Program-made: the position numbers and the translations under genes | Assembly (NCBI GenBank): GCA_029858305.1 | Contig: JAOUFI010000017.1 | Span: forward strand, 1 to 38,345 | DNA length: 38,345 nt | From: Candidatus Thorarchaeota archaeon | Lineage (GTDB): Archaea; Asgardarchaeota; Thorarchaeia; Thorarchaeales; Thorarchaeaceae | Reading direction: 5' to 3' | Notes under the pieces: generated by a model | Database searches by the model: none | Told to the model about the DNA's origin: nothing | Seen by the model: the letters and a program-made list of their open reading frames with translations, nothing else | Shown here: positions 1 through 8,959 of the stretch, piece after piece | Position numbering within the stretch: the first letter of the stretch is position 1 | How the letters are laid out: the number at the start of each line of letters is the position of its first letter

Positions 1-40
1 AGATTGAAATGTTCTAGATACATACATTCGACAGCGTGGT

Positions 41-1153
41 TTGAAAATGGTAGAAGCGGGCTCTGACGTATATCGACGATTGCAAGAGCACTTTGATGGA
101 TTTCCTTTGCGATTTCCTGCAACTGAATCCGGAGTAGAAATTCGATTACTGAAGTTGTTGTTTTCTCCGGAAGAAGCTGAGATTGCTTTGGCTTTAAATT
201 GTGGATATCCAGGAGTGTCCAATACCTATGAATCATTAGAAACGATTTTTGATCGCATGGAACATCTAGGTTATTCATTGGATGACGTGCAAAAACGCTT
301 GGACAATATGGTCAAGAAAGGATCCATAATGGGTTATACAATAAATGGTTCGAAAATCTATGCAAATGCCTTGCTTGTTGTGGGAATATATGAATTCCAA
401 GTGAACAAATTGACCAAAGAATTTCAAGAGGTTTATGACCAATTCATGAGTGAAGCTTGGGGACCAGCTAATCGCGATTCTATGGTTAACCAAATACGTA
501 CTATCCCTGTTGGGATAGAAATCGAACATGAGAACCCTATTGCAAAGTATGATGATATCAAAGTTCAATTCGAACAATCTACTGGTCCGTTTTCGATTAT
601 CAATTGTATTTGTCGACAATCAAATGACATCCGGAATAATCCATGTAAACTCACTGACCGTCGAGAAGTATGCATGGGCTTTGGAGATATGGCTAGGATG
701 TACAACGAACAGGGGTGGGGTCGTGAGATAACAAAAGAAGAGGCTCTTGGATATTTGAAACAAAACGAAGACGAGGGATTGATCTTTCGAATAAACAATT
801 CACAAGAAATGAACTTTGTGTGTAGTTGCTGCTCATGCTGTTGTGGCGGCATAATCGGTTTAAAACGCATACCTAATCCAGCTGACTACACTACTAGCAA
901 TTATCAATCTGTAATCGATGAAGAATTATGTAGTGGCTGTGGTAATTGCATAGATAGATGTCAAATGGAAGCTATAACACTTGAAAATGATGTTGCCACT
1001 CTAAACCAGAAGAGGTGTATAGGTTGTGGCAATTGTGTCATTGGTTGCCCAGAAGATGCAATAACCTTAGTTCCCAAAGAAGTTCCAAAAATCCCTCCTC
1101 TAACGACTAGTGATCTGTACAAGAGTATCGTTGAAGAGAGAAAGAAGAGATAG
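41..1153 (+). CDS. 4Fe-4S dicluster (ferredoxin-type) domain protein with N-terminal HTH-like region and Cys-rich motif
   Basis: C-terminal CSGCGNCIDRC and CIGCGNCVIGCP ferredoxin motifs; upstream CICR and CSCCSCCC motifs; start may be ATG at 47. Confidence 0.85.
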   Translation: MKMVEAGSDVYRRLQEHFDGFPLRFPATESGVEIRLLKLLFSPEEAEIALALNCGYPGVSNTYESLETIFDRMEHLGYSLDDVQKRLDNMVKKGSIMGYTINGSKIYANALLVVGIYEFQVNKLTKEFQEVYDQFMSEAWGPANRDSMVNQIRTIPVGIEIEHENPIAKYDDIKVQFEQSTGPFSIINCICRQSNDIRNNPCKLTDRREVCMGFGDMARMYNEQGWGREITKEEALGYLKQNEDEGLIFRINNSQEMNFVCSCCSCCCGGIIGLKRIPNPADYTTSNYQSVIDEELCSGCGNCIDRCQMEAITLENDVATLNQKRCIGCGNCVIGCPEDAITLVPKEVPKIPPLTTSDLYKSIVEERKKR

Positions 1154-1425
1154 AGATACTGTAAATGGTGAACGGATTGATTCCCCCTGGACAGTAGAAA
1201 ACAAAAGCAAATTGTCTTTGAAGATTGTAGATCTTCAAAAACCAAAATTTGCCAAGAGGATGCCTGTCGTTTTGATATTTTCTAATTTCAAAAGCATTAC
1301 CGCGAATTCATCATTGTTAATTTTCTATCCTTTCTATCACTCAGTTTATGTCGATTTTTCGACAATTAAGTATAACATATTTTTATTATTATAGGTAAAC
1401 GTATTATGTAAAATATTGCCTATTA

Positions 1426-1444
1426 ATGGTACATTATGTACCAT
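1426..1444. repeat. Perfect 9-1-9 inverted repeat ATGGTACAT-T-ATGTACCAT
   Basis: Read directly; lies in the AT-rich intergenic spacer. Confidence 0.8.
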
Positions 1445-1575
1445 ATTAAGGTTTTCTGAGTCATTGACTAGCTATAGAAAAAGTGCCAGCAAAATTCCGT
1501 ATTATGTAAGACTTGTCATGTCGATGAAATATCTTGCGATCATATTATTATTTCTAGCAAGACTCCATTCCCGTC

Positions 1576-1598
1576 ATATACTCAAATATTGAGTATAT
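1576..1598. repeat. Perfect 10-3-10 inverted repeat ATATACTCAA-ATA-TTGAGTATAT
   Basis: Read directly; intergenic. Confidence 0.8.
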
Positions 1599-1892
1599 TT
1601 TCTATGAGCCAAAAAAGGCACAGGATAAGCAGGGTTATTTACGCAGAAAGGTAGCAGTACACGGTAAATGAGTATGACTTTCAGTATTGTCTCCCTCTTC
1701 ATATAATAGCTGTATTCGCATTTCGAGTACGGGCTATTATAACATATAATCAATCCTCCACTATAAAATGACCATATTTCTACTTCTCATTTCCTCTATG
1801 AGGTCTGGTATAGAAAACAAGAACGAGGCATAACTCCTCTAAATTCCTTTGGATAGTATATATTATAAAATATCAGGGGGGATACTAGGTAA

Positions 1893-1935
1893 TAAATATA
1901 ACAACTATTAGAATAAATAAAAAGTAAATATAACA
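1893..1935 (+). repeat. 11-bp direct repeat TAAATATAACA (1893-1903, 1925-1935)
   Basis: Read directly; the TATAACA core also occurs at 1371 and 1738. Confidence 0.6.
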
Positions 1936-2328
1936 TCCCTCAGAAAAATGGGGCGTCGAAAAATCGAAAGATAATTGGATCTCTGTGAATCAAATAATAA
2001 TACAATTTCTATGAGATAGTAGTACGTTCTCTTCTCAACAGAAAACATCCAATGAGATGAAGAATCAGTCTTCAATCTAATTCTTTCACTGTTCTCAGGG
2101 TGTCTCCATCTCTCAACAAGATAATAATGAGATACAATACTGAAAAAGCATAAGCGAACACTCTGTTGAGCCTAATCACGCATCATTTATATCTCGATTC
2201 TTGGAATCCATTCGACAGACACAATAAACGGTCTGTAAATATCCCATATTGTAAGCTCGAGCATGAGTTCCTCGCGCATACCATATCGGAATGATTGCAT
2301 CCGAAGAAACGAGGGAAGAGGTCACCAA

Positions 2329-2691
2329 ATGGTCACAATCTTCATTGTCGATGACGAAGCCATCCTGCATCGCCTATACAAAGATGTGTTCTCGATTAAA
2401 GGACATGAGGTCATCGCAGATGCTTTTGATGGCGCAGAAGCAGTGGAGAAATTCATAAGTCTCAACCCTAAGCCTGATGTCATAATTCTTGACCACAGGA
2501 TGCCCAACCGCGATGGAATGCAAACAATGAAGGAGATCTTGGCTCTTCAGGCAGACGCCAAGATCGTATTCATCAGTGCTGACGCTAATGTTCGGGAGCA
2601 GGCGATGAGCAACGGCGCAGCAAGTTTTGGGCTGAAGCCTGTGACGATTCGACACATGCTCGATTTGGTTGAAAGTGCTGTATCTGAATAA
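2329..2691 (+). CDS. Stand-alone CheY-like response regulator receiver
   Basis: IFIVDDE, PDVIILDHRMP (phosphoacceptor D), FISA, LKP; ATG 2329 follows purine-rich GAGGGAAGAGGT and is preferred over track start 2263. Confidence 0.9.
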   Translation: MVTIFIVDDEAILHRLYKDVFSIKGHEVIADAFDGAEAVEKFISLNPKPDVIILDHRMPNRDGMQTMKEILALQADAKIVFISADANVREQAMSNGAASFGLKPVTIRHMLDLVESAVSE

Positions 2692-2741
2692 TCAACAACA
2701 TGTAGGTCTGCCCTGAGGTCTCTCGTTGGGGGTGTTGAAAC

Positions 2742-3119
2742 CTGAAAAACAGTAGCCATTCAGGGGTAATAGTTGCAGGAGAAGTACCTCTTCTGAGAGT
2801 TCTTCTTAAAATGGCACTTGAAGATTCTGGTTTTGATGTGATTGGTGAAGCAGAAGACAGAGAGAGTCTACTAATTATGTGCCAAGGCAATACTCCTTCT
2901 GTAGTTCTCATTGATTTCAATATCGACCAACAGAGCATAGTGCGATTGATTGAAGATCTCTTAGACATCGATCCAGTAGTTGCGATTGTGATTATTTCTG
3001 ATCTTATTGAAGGTCAGAGTGAGACGGTTCTCGCAGCTGGAGCACGTGCTTTCCTACAGAAACCTTTCAGTATGTATGATATGACTGAAATAGTGAGGAA
3101 AGTGAAACCAGTTCTTTGA
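2742..3119 (+). CDS. Atypical stand-alone receiver domain protein (probable CTG start)
   Basis: PSVVLIDFN, IISD, AFLQKPF; frame is open upstream of track start 2811 to CTG 2742 (TGA at 2736), supplying beta1/alpha1 GVIVAGEVPLLRVLLKMAL; GGGGGTG SD-like sequence upstream. Confidence 0.75.
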   Translation: MKNSSHSGVIVAGEVPLLRVLLKMALEDSGFDVIGEAEDRESLLIMCQGNTPSVVLIDFNIDQQSIVRLIEDLLDIDPVVAIVIISDLIEGQSETVLAAGARAFLQKPFSMYDMTEIVRKVKPVL

Positions 3120-3514
3120 TTGTTTGGAGATTATTCTTGTAGTCTTGCCTCTTGAAAAACAACTGTTCCCTCACATCCTATCTTTAACATCACCCAAGGG
3201 ATGACATTATTGGCTTTTATCATCCTAACAGACCCCACCACCACTTCTAATCCAGAGAGTGGTTTATCCAGCCTTTATGCTCAACTACTACCTCTTCTTT
3301 TTCGCGTTTATAGGACCTGTGTCAGGACACGGTCGTGGAATTCATCTTGATAATATGTATTTCATAAAGAGAACACATGCACGAAAGCTATATCACATAG
3401 AATCCTGATGATTGCGAAGGGAACCACTAGAATCCTTTTGAAAGAGAATGGAAGAAAAAAAAATTGAGAAACTGGCTTCACACACTCCTATTGAGAGAAA
3501 GGGATTGATTTGTC

Positions 3515-5095
3515 TTGCATAATAACCCGATTATCCCAGAATTTATGATGTACACACCGGATTTAGAGGATTCTGAGATAGATGAAATTAGGAATAGACT
3601 TGCAGCACATGCTCGTAGTACAAAAGACCGTTTCTTGATTTTTACGGATGTCCTGATAGAATATGTTGGTGGGGGAGAATGGCGGAACAGGAGTCCTGCT
3701 TTTCTAGCGATGTGTGGTAAAGCCTGTTTCTTGAGAGGGAAATACGGGTTTAATCAGATTCTAGCACGAGAGAGCCAAAATCTGAGCTGCAAAGGTTATG
3801 CTGCCGCTGCTTACTGTCGACAAAGCCTTGATCCTCGTTGGTTGAATAATCTGCGTAACATTACAAATCAGACTTGGCAAGCAAAAGATTACATCGCTTT
3901 TGCAGAGCTCTCAGGTCAACTTGCATCGGTACTCATGGATTTAGGATATACGGATCATGCTAGACAGATTGCTTCGGAGAGTATAGATAAGGTAACAGTG
4001 GATACCGCACAGGACCCAAAAATTCGAACGATGGTTCAAGCGGCACTTCTTAGACCAAGGATAATTCTTGCGTTTATTTCTGGCTATTCTGACTCCAGAG
4101 AAGAATCTCTGATTCGTCTCGATTCTGCTCATGATACTGCAAGTCTCCTCGACCATCAGTTGGCTTTGAATGATATACGATACTATAGAGCCCGGGCTCT
4201 TGAAGACATGTTCGAACACGATCGGGCATTGTCGTTGGTCACGATTGCCCTTCGGGAGTACGAGCGAATGGGATATCTCAAGGGTGTTGCTGATGCGCGG
4301 AACCTTCGAGGTGTTATTCATCTCAATCTGGGGCAGCTACAAGAAGCTCGAGACCAGTTTGAGGAGCTATTAATTATCCAACAGCAGTTAAACAACCAAG
4401 TCGGATTAGCAGCCACTTTGGTTAATGTCGGTGAGATAGATCGAGCGTTGGATCAGATAGATCAGATGGAGATATACAATCGAAGAGCTTTAGAAATTAG
4501 CCAAGAAGCTGAATACATGCGAGGGATAACAATCTCGACTTTAAATCTTGGCGATGTTGCCCTCCGTAGAGGTGATGTACAAGAAGCTCTGCGTTTGTAT
4601 AAAGAAGCAATTAAATTAGCTGAAGGAGCTGGGATGAAACAGGTGCTCTCTCATACGTACTTCCTCGCCGGCGATGCTTACATTCTCCAACAGGATTTCG
4701 AGCAGGCACTTCAGAACTACGAAAAGGGTAGGCAAGTAGCACTTGAAGTTGCACACAAGCTCTATGCATTCAATGCAGAGATCAGTACTCTAGTCACTCA
4801 ATGGATGATGAAAGCTACACCTGATGCGGATTTGATAGGTCAGATTCGAAAAATAATGGGTTCTAGCTCAAATTGGATGAATGCCAGTGACTCCCAGCTA
4901 ATGAGGAATGTACGCAGAATAGTCTTAGAAGACCCTGCATCAGATAGCGAACTCTGCATTTTCTATGATGGTGAGAAGGGCTTTGAATGTAGGGTTGAAC
5001 GTCAGGTTCTGAGAAAGGAATGTTTTGGCAATCTGTTTTGGATGGGTTACCTCTGTCCGCATTTCCGTGCTTTCATTACAAAACTTGAAGGATGA
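3515..5095 (+). CDS. Tetratricopeptide-repeat protein (MalT/TPR_12-like repeats)
   Basis: Repeated A..L.NLG.I....G....A...Y..AL units; Cys-containing C-terminal segment; true start may be the MM slightly downstream. Confidence 0.85.
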   Translation: MHNNPIIPEFMMYTPDLEDSEIDEIRNRLAAHARSTKDRFLIFTDVLIEYVGGGEWRNRSPAFLAMCGKACFLRGKYGFNQILARESQNLSCKGYAAAAYCRQSLDPRWLNNLRNITNQTWQAKDYIAFAELSGQLASVLMDLGYTDHARQIASESIDKVTVDTAQDPKIRTMVQAALLRPRIILAFISGYSDSREESLIRLDSAHDTASLLDHQLALNDIRYYRARALEDMFEHDRALSLVTIALREYERMGYLKGVADARNLRGVIHLNLGQLQEARDQFEELLIIQQQLNNQVGLAATLVNVGEIDRALDQIDQMEIYNRRALEISQEAEYMRGITISTLNLGDVALRRGDVQEALRLYKEAIKLAEGAGMKQVLSHTYFLAGDAYILQQDFEQALQNYEKGRQVALEVAHKLYAFNAEISTLVTQWMMKATPDADLIGQIRKIMGSSSNWMNASDSQLMRNVRRIVLEDPASDSELCIFYDGEKGFECRVERQVLRKECFGNLFWMGYLCPHFRAFITKLEG

Positions 5096-5302
5096 TCTAT
5101 TCGCTCCCTATGTATATACAATCACTTCTACCATTCGGTAATTTGCTAATTCGATTTTAGCTAGCATTGTGCAAGATTAGTACTGCTGGAGCTCTCCAGG
5201 AATTATGATTAATTATCTTGAATTTCTAATAATAAAGGGGCAAAGAATCCTTAAATGACACTTAGTTTGAAGGATTAATGCGAAGCCAAGGGGACATAAT
5301 TC

Positions 5303-5548
5303 ATGAGAGCCCAAGGAGCTATTCCTCCAATTATAAAGAATGCATTAGATTCGCGAATCGGCTACATTCTTATGGTCACCGGCAAATCGTGTCTAGGAAA
5401 GAACCTTTTCTCAAGAGAAATTTTGAGAGAGTATGAGGATTCATTTCTTATTATGTCAAGCGCTGATTTTACCACTACGAACGAACATTCAGACTTACCT
5501 ACTTCGATTAGCCGATTCCCCGATTATGAACTAATTCCAATCGTTTGA
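5303..5548 (+). pseudogene. Truncated RecA/KaiC/GvpD-like P-loop ATPase N-terminal fragment
   Basis: IPP.IKNAL...GYILMVTGKSCLGKNLFSREIL resembles a degenerate Walker A region; only 81 aa and no Walker B. Confidence 0.5.
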
Positions 5549-5557
5549 GGTGTTTGA

Positions 5558-5956
5558 ATGAGCAGCTCCCGTAAAATGAAAATTCTTATCGTTGACGACG
5601 AAGAATTGACTTCAGAATTAGCTATGACATTCCTTGAAAAACATGGTTTCTCTGTTGTTATTGCCAGAGATGGAGAAGCTGCAATATCAATGGCTCATTC
5701 CGAGAATCCTGATTTAATTCTCCTCGATGTTGTGCTCCCGGTCATAGATGGATTCACAGTGTGTAAGAAACTCAAAGAGTGCGATATATTTAGAAACACA
5801 CCAATACTGATGTTTACTGCAAAAGGATTTGGCAGTGATATGGCGGCGGGTGAAGCTGTGGGTGCAGATGAATATATTGTCAAACCCTTTTCAGGGAAAG
5901 CGTTGGTTGCGATTATCAGGAAACATCTACAAATGAGTGATTTGAAAGAAGAATGA
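5558..5956 (+). CDS. Stand-alone response regulator receiver
   Basis: KILIVDDE, PDLILLDVVLP, MFTA, YIVKPF; SD GAGGTG upstream. Confidence 0.92.
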   Translation: MSSSRKMKILIVDDEELTSELAMTFLEKHGFSVVIARDGEAAISMAHSENPDLILLDVVLPVIDGFTVCKKLKECDIFRNTPILMFTAKGFGSDMAAGEAVGADEYIVKPFSGKALVAIIRKHLQMSDLKEE

Positions 5957-6079
5957 TCAATATATGCCTGGATCGCCTTCTAGTACAGGTTTCAACATTC
6001 CCTTTGATCAGATTAAAAAAATCCCCAAAATGCTTGAATCCAGGAGTAGTAAATAGGAAATCATTTGGAATTGGTGATG

Positions 6080-6772
6080 CTACTCAGACTTTAAGACTAG
6101 TTCATCCTCTTCTTCTGATTCGTTGGTTGCGAATAATCTCTCGAAAAGTTTGAGTGCTTCTTTGACAGTTGAAGCCCAAACATCAGGTTGATCATCATCT
6201 ATTGTTGTTGCAGATTGCTTAATCGGATCGAGGAGAGCTCTTACTTCTTGACAGCTCTTTTCATCCCAAGAACACATACTCATAATTGACTCGATCTGAT
6301 TGATAATCTCTCCACGAACAGAAGCAAAACGCATTCTTTCCTCATCAAGATCTGCAAGTCGCTTGTTCACTCTTCCAAGTTCATTCAGGAGGCGGCGAAT
6401 AGCTGCTACATCCTGTCTTGCCTCTGGGATAATAAATCCTTGAGGAACAACAATTCCCCCTGATGATCTTCTTATTAATCGTACAACAAATGCATTAGGC
6501 AAAATTGTGGTTGAGAGACCAAATCTTGCATTCAAGCGGTAATACACTCTGTCAGGGCCTAAATCGCTCTCCACAAGTTCGCGTTCTACAAGTCCAGCAT
6601 CTTGTAGTGCTTCAAGGTGCTTGAATACACCAGGAGGTGTAAGACCTAATGTCTTACTCAATTCATAGGGATATCTCTCCCCTTGTGCAAGGAGTTGAAG
6701 AATTCTTCTCCTTGTATCACTACTGAGAGCTCTGAATAGCTTATCCAGATCACTCGGGCCTTCCTCGGACAT
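6080..6772 (-). CDS. ArsR-type wHTH regulator with C-terminal coiled coil (Phr/HSR1-like, COG1777)
   Basis: LFRALSSDTRRRILQLL...ELSKTLG...VFKHLEALQDAGLV...GPDRVYY; coiled-coil segment and acidic tail. Confidence 0.8.
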   Translation of the reverse strand: MSEEGPSDLDKLFRALSSDTRRRILQLLAQGERYPYELSKTLGLTPPGVFKHLEALQDAGLVERELVESDLGPDRVYYRLNARFGLSTTILPNAFVVRLIRRSSGGIVVPQGFIIPEARQDVAAIRRLLNELGRVNKRLADLDEERMRFASVRGEIINQIESIMSMCSWDEKSCQEVRALLDPIKQSATTIDDDQPDVWASTVKEALKLFERLFATNESEEEDELVLKSE

Positions 6773-6822
6773 TATTCAAACCCTTCATTCTTAATCATAG
6801 GTTCAAGGACTCATCCAAAACT

Positions 6823-6966
6823 CTAGAGGTAATCAACCTTCTCCCAAATTGCATACAAAAATGTGATCCACTCAATGTAGAGTCTATCGGGTTCCCAGAA
6901 TTTCAATTCGGAAGATGATGTCCAATCTGGGTAGGGATTTGGTTCTTCGTTCTGATTTCCCAGCAT
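6823..6966 (-). CDS. Small 47-aa Trp/acidic-rich hypothetical protein (not in ORF track)
   Basis: AAGGAG SD 8 nt before ATG; MLGNQNEEPNPYPDWTSSSELKFWEPDRLYIEWITFLYAIWEKVDYL; co-oriented, ending 50 nt upstream of the regulator. Confidence 0.5.
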   Translation of the reverse strand: MLGNQNEEPNPYPDWTSSSELKFWEPDRLYIEWITFLYAIWEKVDYL

Positions 6967-7051
6967 ACAGTTTTCTCCTTAATGAGACAGGAATCCAAAC
7001 CAAATCACTGTGCCATTAATGGTCAGGTTTCAGATTCCATTCAGTCTAATG

Positions 7052-7083
7052 TACCAATCGGTATTAATATACCATGTGGTATA
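7052..7083. promoter_or_regulatory. Tandem TACC-N4-GGTA palindromes (putative operator)
   Basis: TACCAATCGGTA 7052-7063 and TATACCATGTGGTATA 7068-7083, just downstream of minus-strand TATA-like CTTAAAT/CTTATAT (about 7089-7103); third copy at 5129-5140. Confidence 0.5.
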
Positions 7084-7108
7084 CTAGAATATAAGAATTT
7101 AAGGATTA

Positions 7109-7450
7109 TCACATGGACGTTCCCGTTGGTTGGAATTTTGACCTTCGGGGATGGCTTTCAGCTGTTTGGTGAACATCTTCCTCACGAGTGTGTGTTCGAT
7201 ATTTATTGAGTAAGACCTCGTCCTTCTCATATATGGGGCCTTGGCCTGTCAGAAAACTAGAAGCTACACCATCTTTTGATGTAATCACAGGTCTTGTTGC
7301 TTTCATCAGAAGGTAGCGCAAGAACTCTAGATCTGTCACTTTTCTTCCTATTTTTCGCTGGTAGCGCATCTTTTCTTCTTCCCATGTGAGAATATCGTGC
7401 TCTGTTAAACCCTTGAGAAGTTTGTTCTTAAGTTGGGGGCGTTGAGTCAC
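7109..7450 (-). CDS. Hypothetical basic protein, possibly small DNA-binding
   Basis: 113 aa, GTG start with AAGGA upstream; basic helical N-half (RKIGRKVTDLEFLRYLL). Confidence 0.6.
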   Translation of the reverse strand: MTQRPQLKNKLLKGLTEHDILTWEEEKMRYQRKIGRKVTDLEFLRYLLMKATRPVITSKDGVASSFLTGQGPIYEKDEVLLNKYRTHTREEDVHQTAESHPRRSKFQPTGTSM

Positions 7451-7469
7451 TGTTAGTTTCCTTCTGAAA

Positions 7470-7485
7470 GTTAACCAAGTTAACC
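7470..7485. promoter_or_regulatory. GTTAAC-N3-GTTAAC operator-like palindrome, copy 1
   Basis: GTTAACCAAGTTAACC 20-35 nt upstream of the 7450 start; identical 16-mer at 29571-29586. Confidence 0.6.
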
Positions 7486-7660
7486 TACCGGAGGCGTTCC
7501 TATATTGGCTTGTAATACTCGGAGAATACTAGGCCTTGATATGTGCATCAGGATTCCATGTCTTCCTTACGTAGTATCCACTTACTAGCTAAAAACCGAT
7601 AAATAAAACTACAAATACGATTCTGAAGACGAAACTATTAATCAACTATGAATCCTCTCG

Positions 7661-8791
7661 TTAACCGGATTCTTCAGTTTCACTACTATCAGAGGGAGTT
7701 TCTTCGACATCTTCTTTTGGCGGCTTTCCCTTAGGGGCTGGCTTGAAAATAGCAGCTTCCTCAGGCTTCTTCTCAGTAGTGCGGTGATGATAGAGACTAT
7801 CAGAGCGTGTGACCTTAAACTTTGTAACAGCAGTCCAAGTTGCTGATTTGTTTGCAATTGAAGTCAGCTTCTTCACTCTGAACATAACTATTGCAGCAAG
7901 GTCTATCAATAGAATGTTCATACCCAACAACAAGAACGATCCACCACCTACCAATAGAACACCAGTGTGGCCTATAGCTAGACCCAGTACCGTCATCATG
8001 GCAGCATTGACGGCAGGAGGCATGAGTGCTGCTGAAATAGCAACTCCAACGAGGGATGACATGTCGCCTCTTGTAATTGACACTGCGACTGCAGCACCTG
8101 AGAAGATTGCGACACCAACATCAATAGATGCAAAGCCTGCACGTCGAGTGATCTCAGTTAATATGCTGTGATCAACATCATTGACGATTGTTGCGATTGC
8201 CTCAGGCTGCAAGAGAGGCATCACAAGAGCCATTATGGCACCAACAGATAGTGAAAGTATGACGCCAATCATCTCATTCTTAGTGCCTTTCACGAATAAC
8301 GCTCTATCTCTCACAACATAACCCAATGCAACTCCAAGCATTGGTCCCATAAGTGGCGACAGCAGCATTGACGCTACAATAACGGTGATGTTGTTTTGGA
8401 TTAGTCCAAAACCAGCCATTACTGCCGCAAGTATGACAAATGCGATATAGTCAAAGCTCAGAGAGGCTTGTTTCTTGACATTCTCATAAATCTCTTCAAC
8501 AGCAAGAGTCGCTTCGCGTTGAATCTTTGTATCATTTGCCGCCTCTTCTGTTTCTCTTGGGAGTGATGCTTTCAAGTCAAGTATATCAATAAATCCAAAC
8601 TCGACTCCAACACCTCGACTCTTGAGACCCTCGATGGTTTCGTTTACGGAATCATCTATGATTCTGAACTGAAGGACGATTGCATTATCAGCATTGAACT
8701 TCATGACATTCTTAATATTAAGTCCATCTAGAAGAAAATCCAATACTGCCTCCGTCTTCTCGTAGGGTACCGTTATCTGTACCTGTTTCAC
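7661..8791 (-). CDS. TIGR00341 / DUF389 family membrane protein
   Basis: N-terminal MKQVQITVP domain; ASMLLSPLMGP and LVGVAISAALMPPA motifs; multiple TM helices. Confidence 0.88.
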   Translation of the reverse strand: MKQVQITVPYEKTEAVLDFLLDGLNIKNVMKFNADNAIVLQFRIIDDSVNETIEGLKSRGVGVEFGFIDILDLKASLPRETEEAANDTKIQREATLAVEEIYENVKKQASLSFDYIAFVILAAVMAGFGLIQNNITVIVASMLLSPLMGPMLGVALGYVVRDRALFVKGTKNEMIGVILSLSVGAIMALVMPLLQPEAIATIVNDVDHSILTEITRRAGFASIDVGVAIFSGAAVAVSITRGDMSSLVGVAISAALMPPAVNAAMMTVLGLAIGHTGVLLVGGGSFLLLGMNILLIDLAAIVMFRVKKLTSIANKSATWTAVTKFKVTRSDSLYHHRTTEKKPEEAAIFKPAPKGKPPKEDVEETPSDSSETEESG

Positions 8792-8959
8792 AGACTTACA
8801 GCTCCATGTTGTTGGCAGACGCCTATTGGAGTGCTTATTAGGATTTCTGGAAAGGCTTTTTTTTGGTTATTGTAATACAGATATTACCATTCTGTGGTTT
8901 TAGGGTATCAATCACCATACTTTTCTTATCATCATACGACATCGCTTAGAGGCATTTGT

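Noticed and set aside
1110-1394. 94-aa plus-strand ORF overlapping the Fe-S gene end
   Set aside because: No SD or motif; runs into AT-rich low-complexity DNA
1154-2328. CRISPR array or firm oriC call
   Set aside because: No regularly spaced 25-40 bp repeats, no canonical ORB and no cdc6/orc1 in the window
3120-3514. Short hairpins (e.g. GACC-T-GTGT/ACAC-GGTC near 3315-3335) as an ncRNA or SECIS
   Set aside because: Short stems, no convincing SECIS core and no in-frame TGA at a Cys position in neighbouring genes
6982-7209. 75-aa plus-strand ORF
   Set aside because: Overlaps the minus-strand gene and putative operator; no recognisable features
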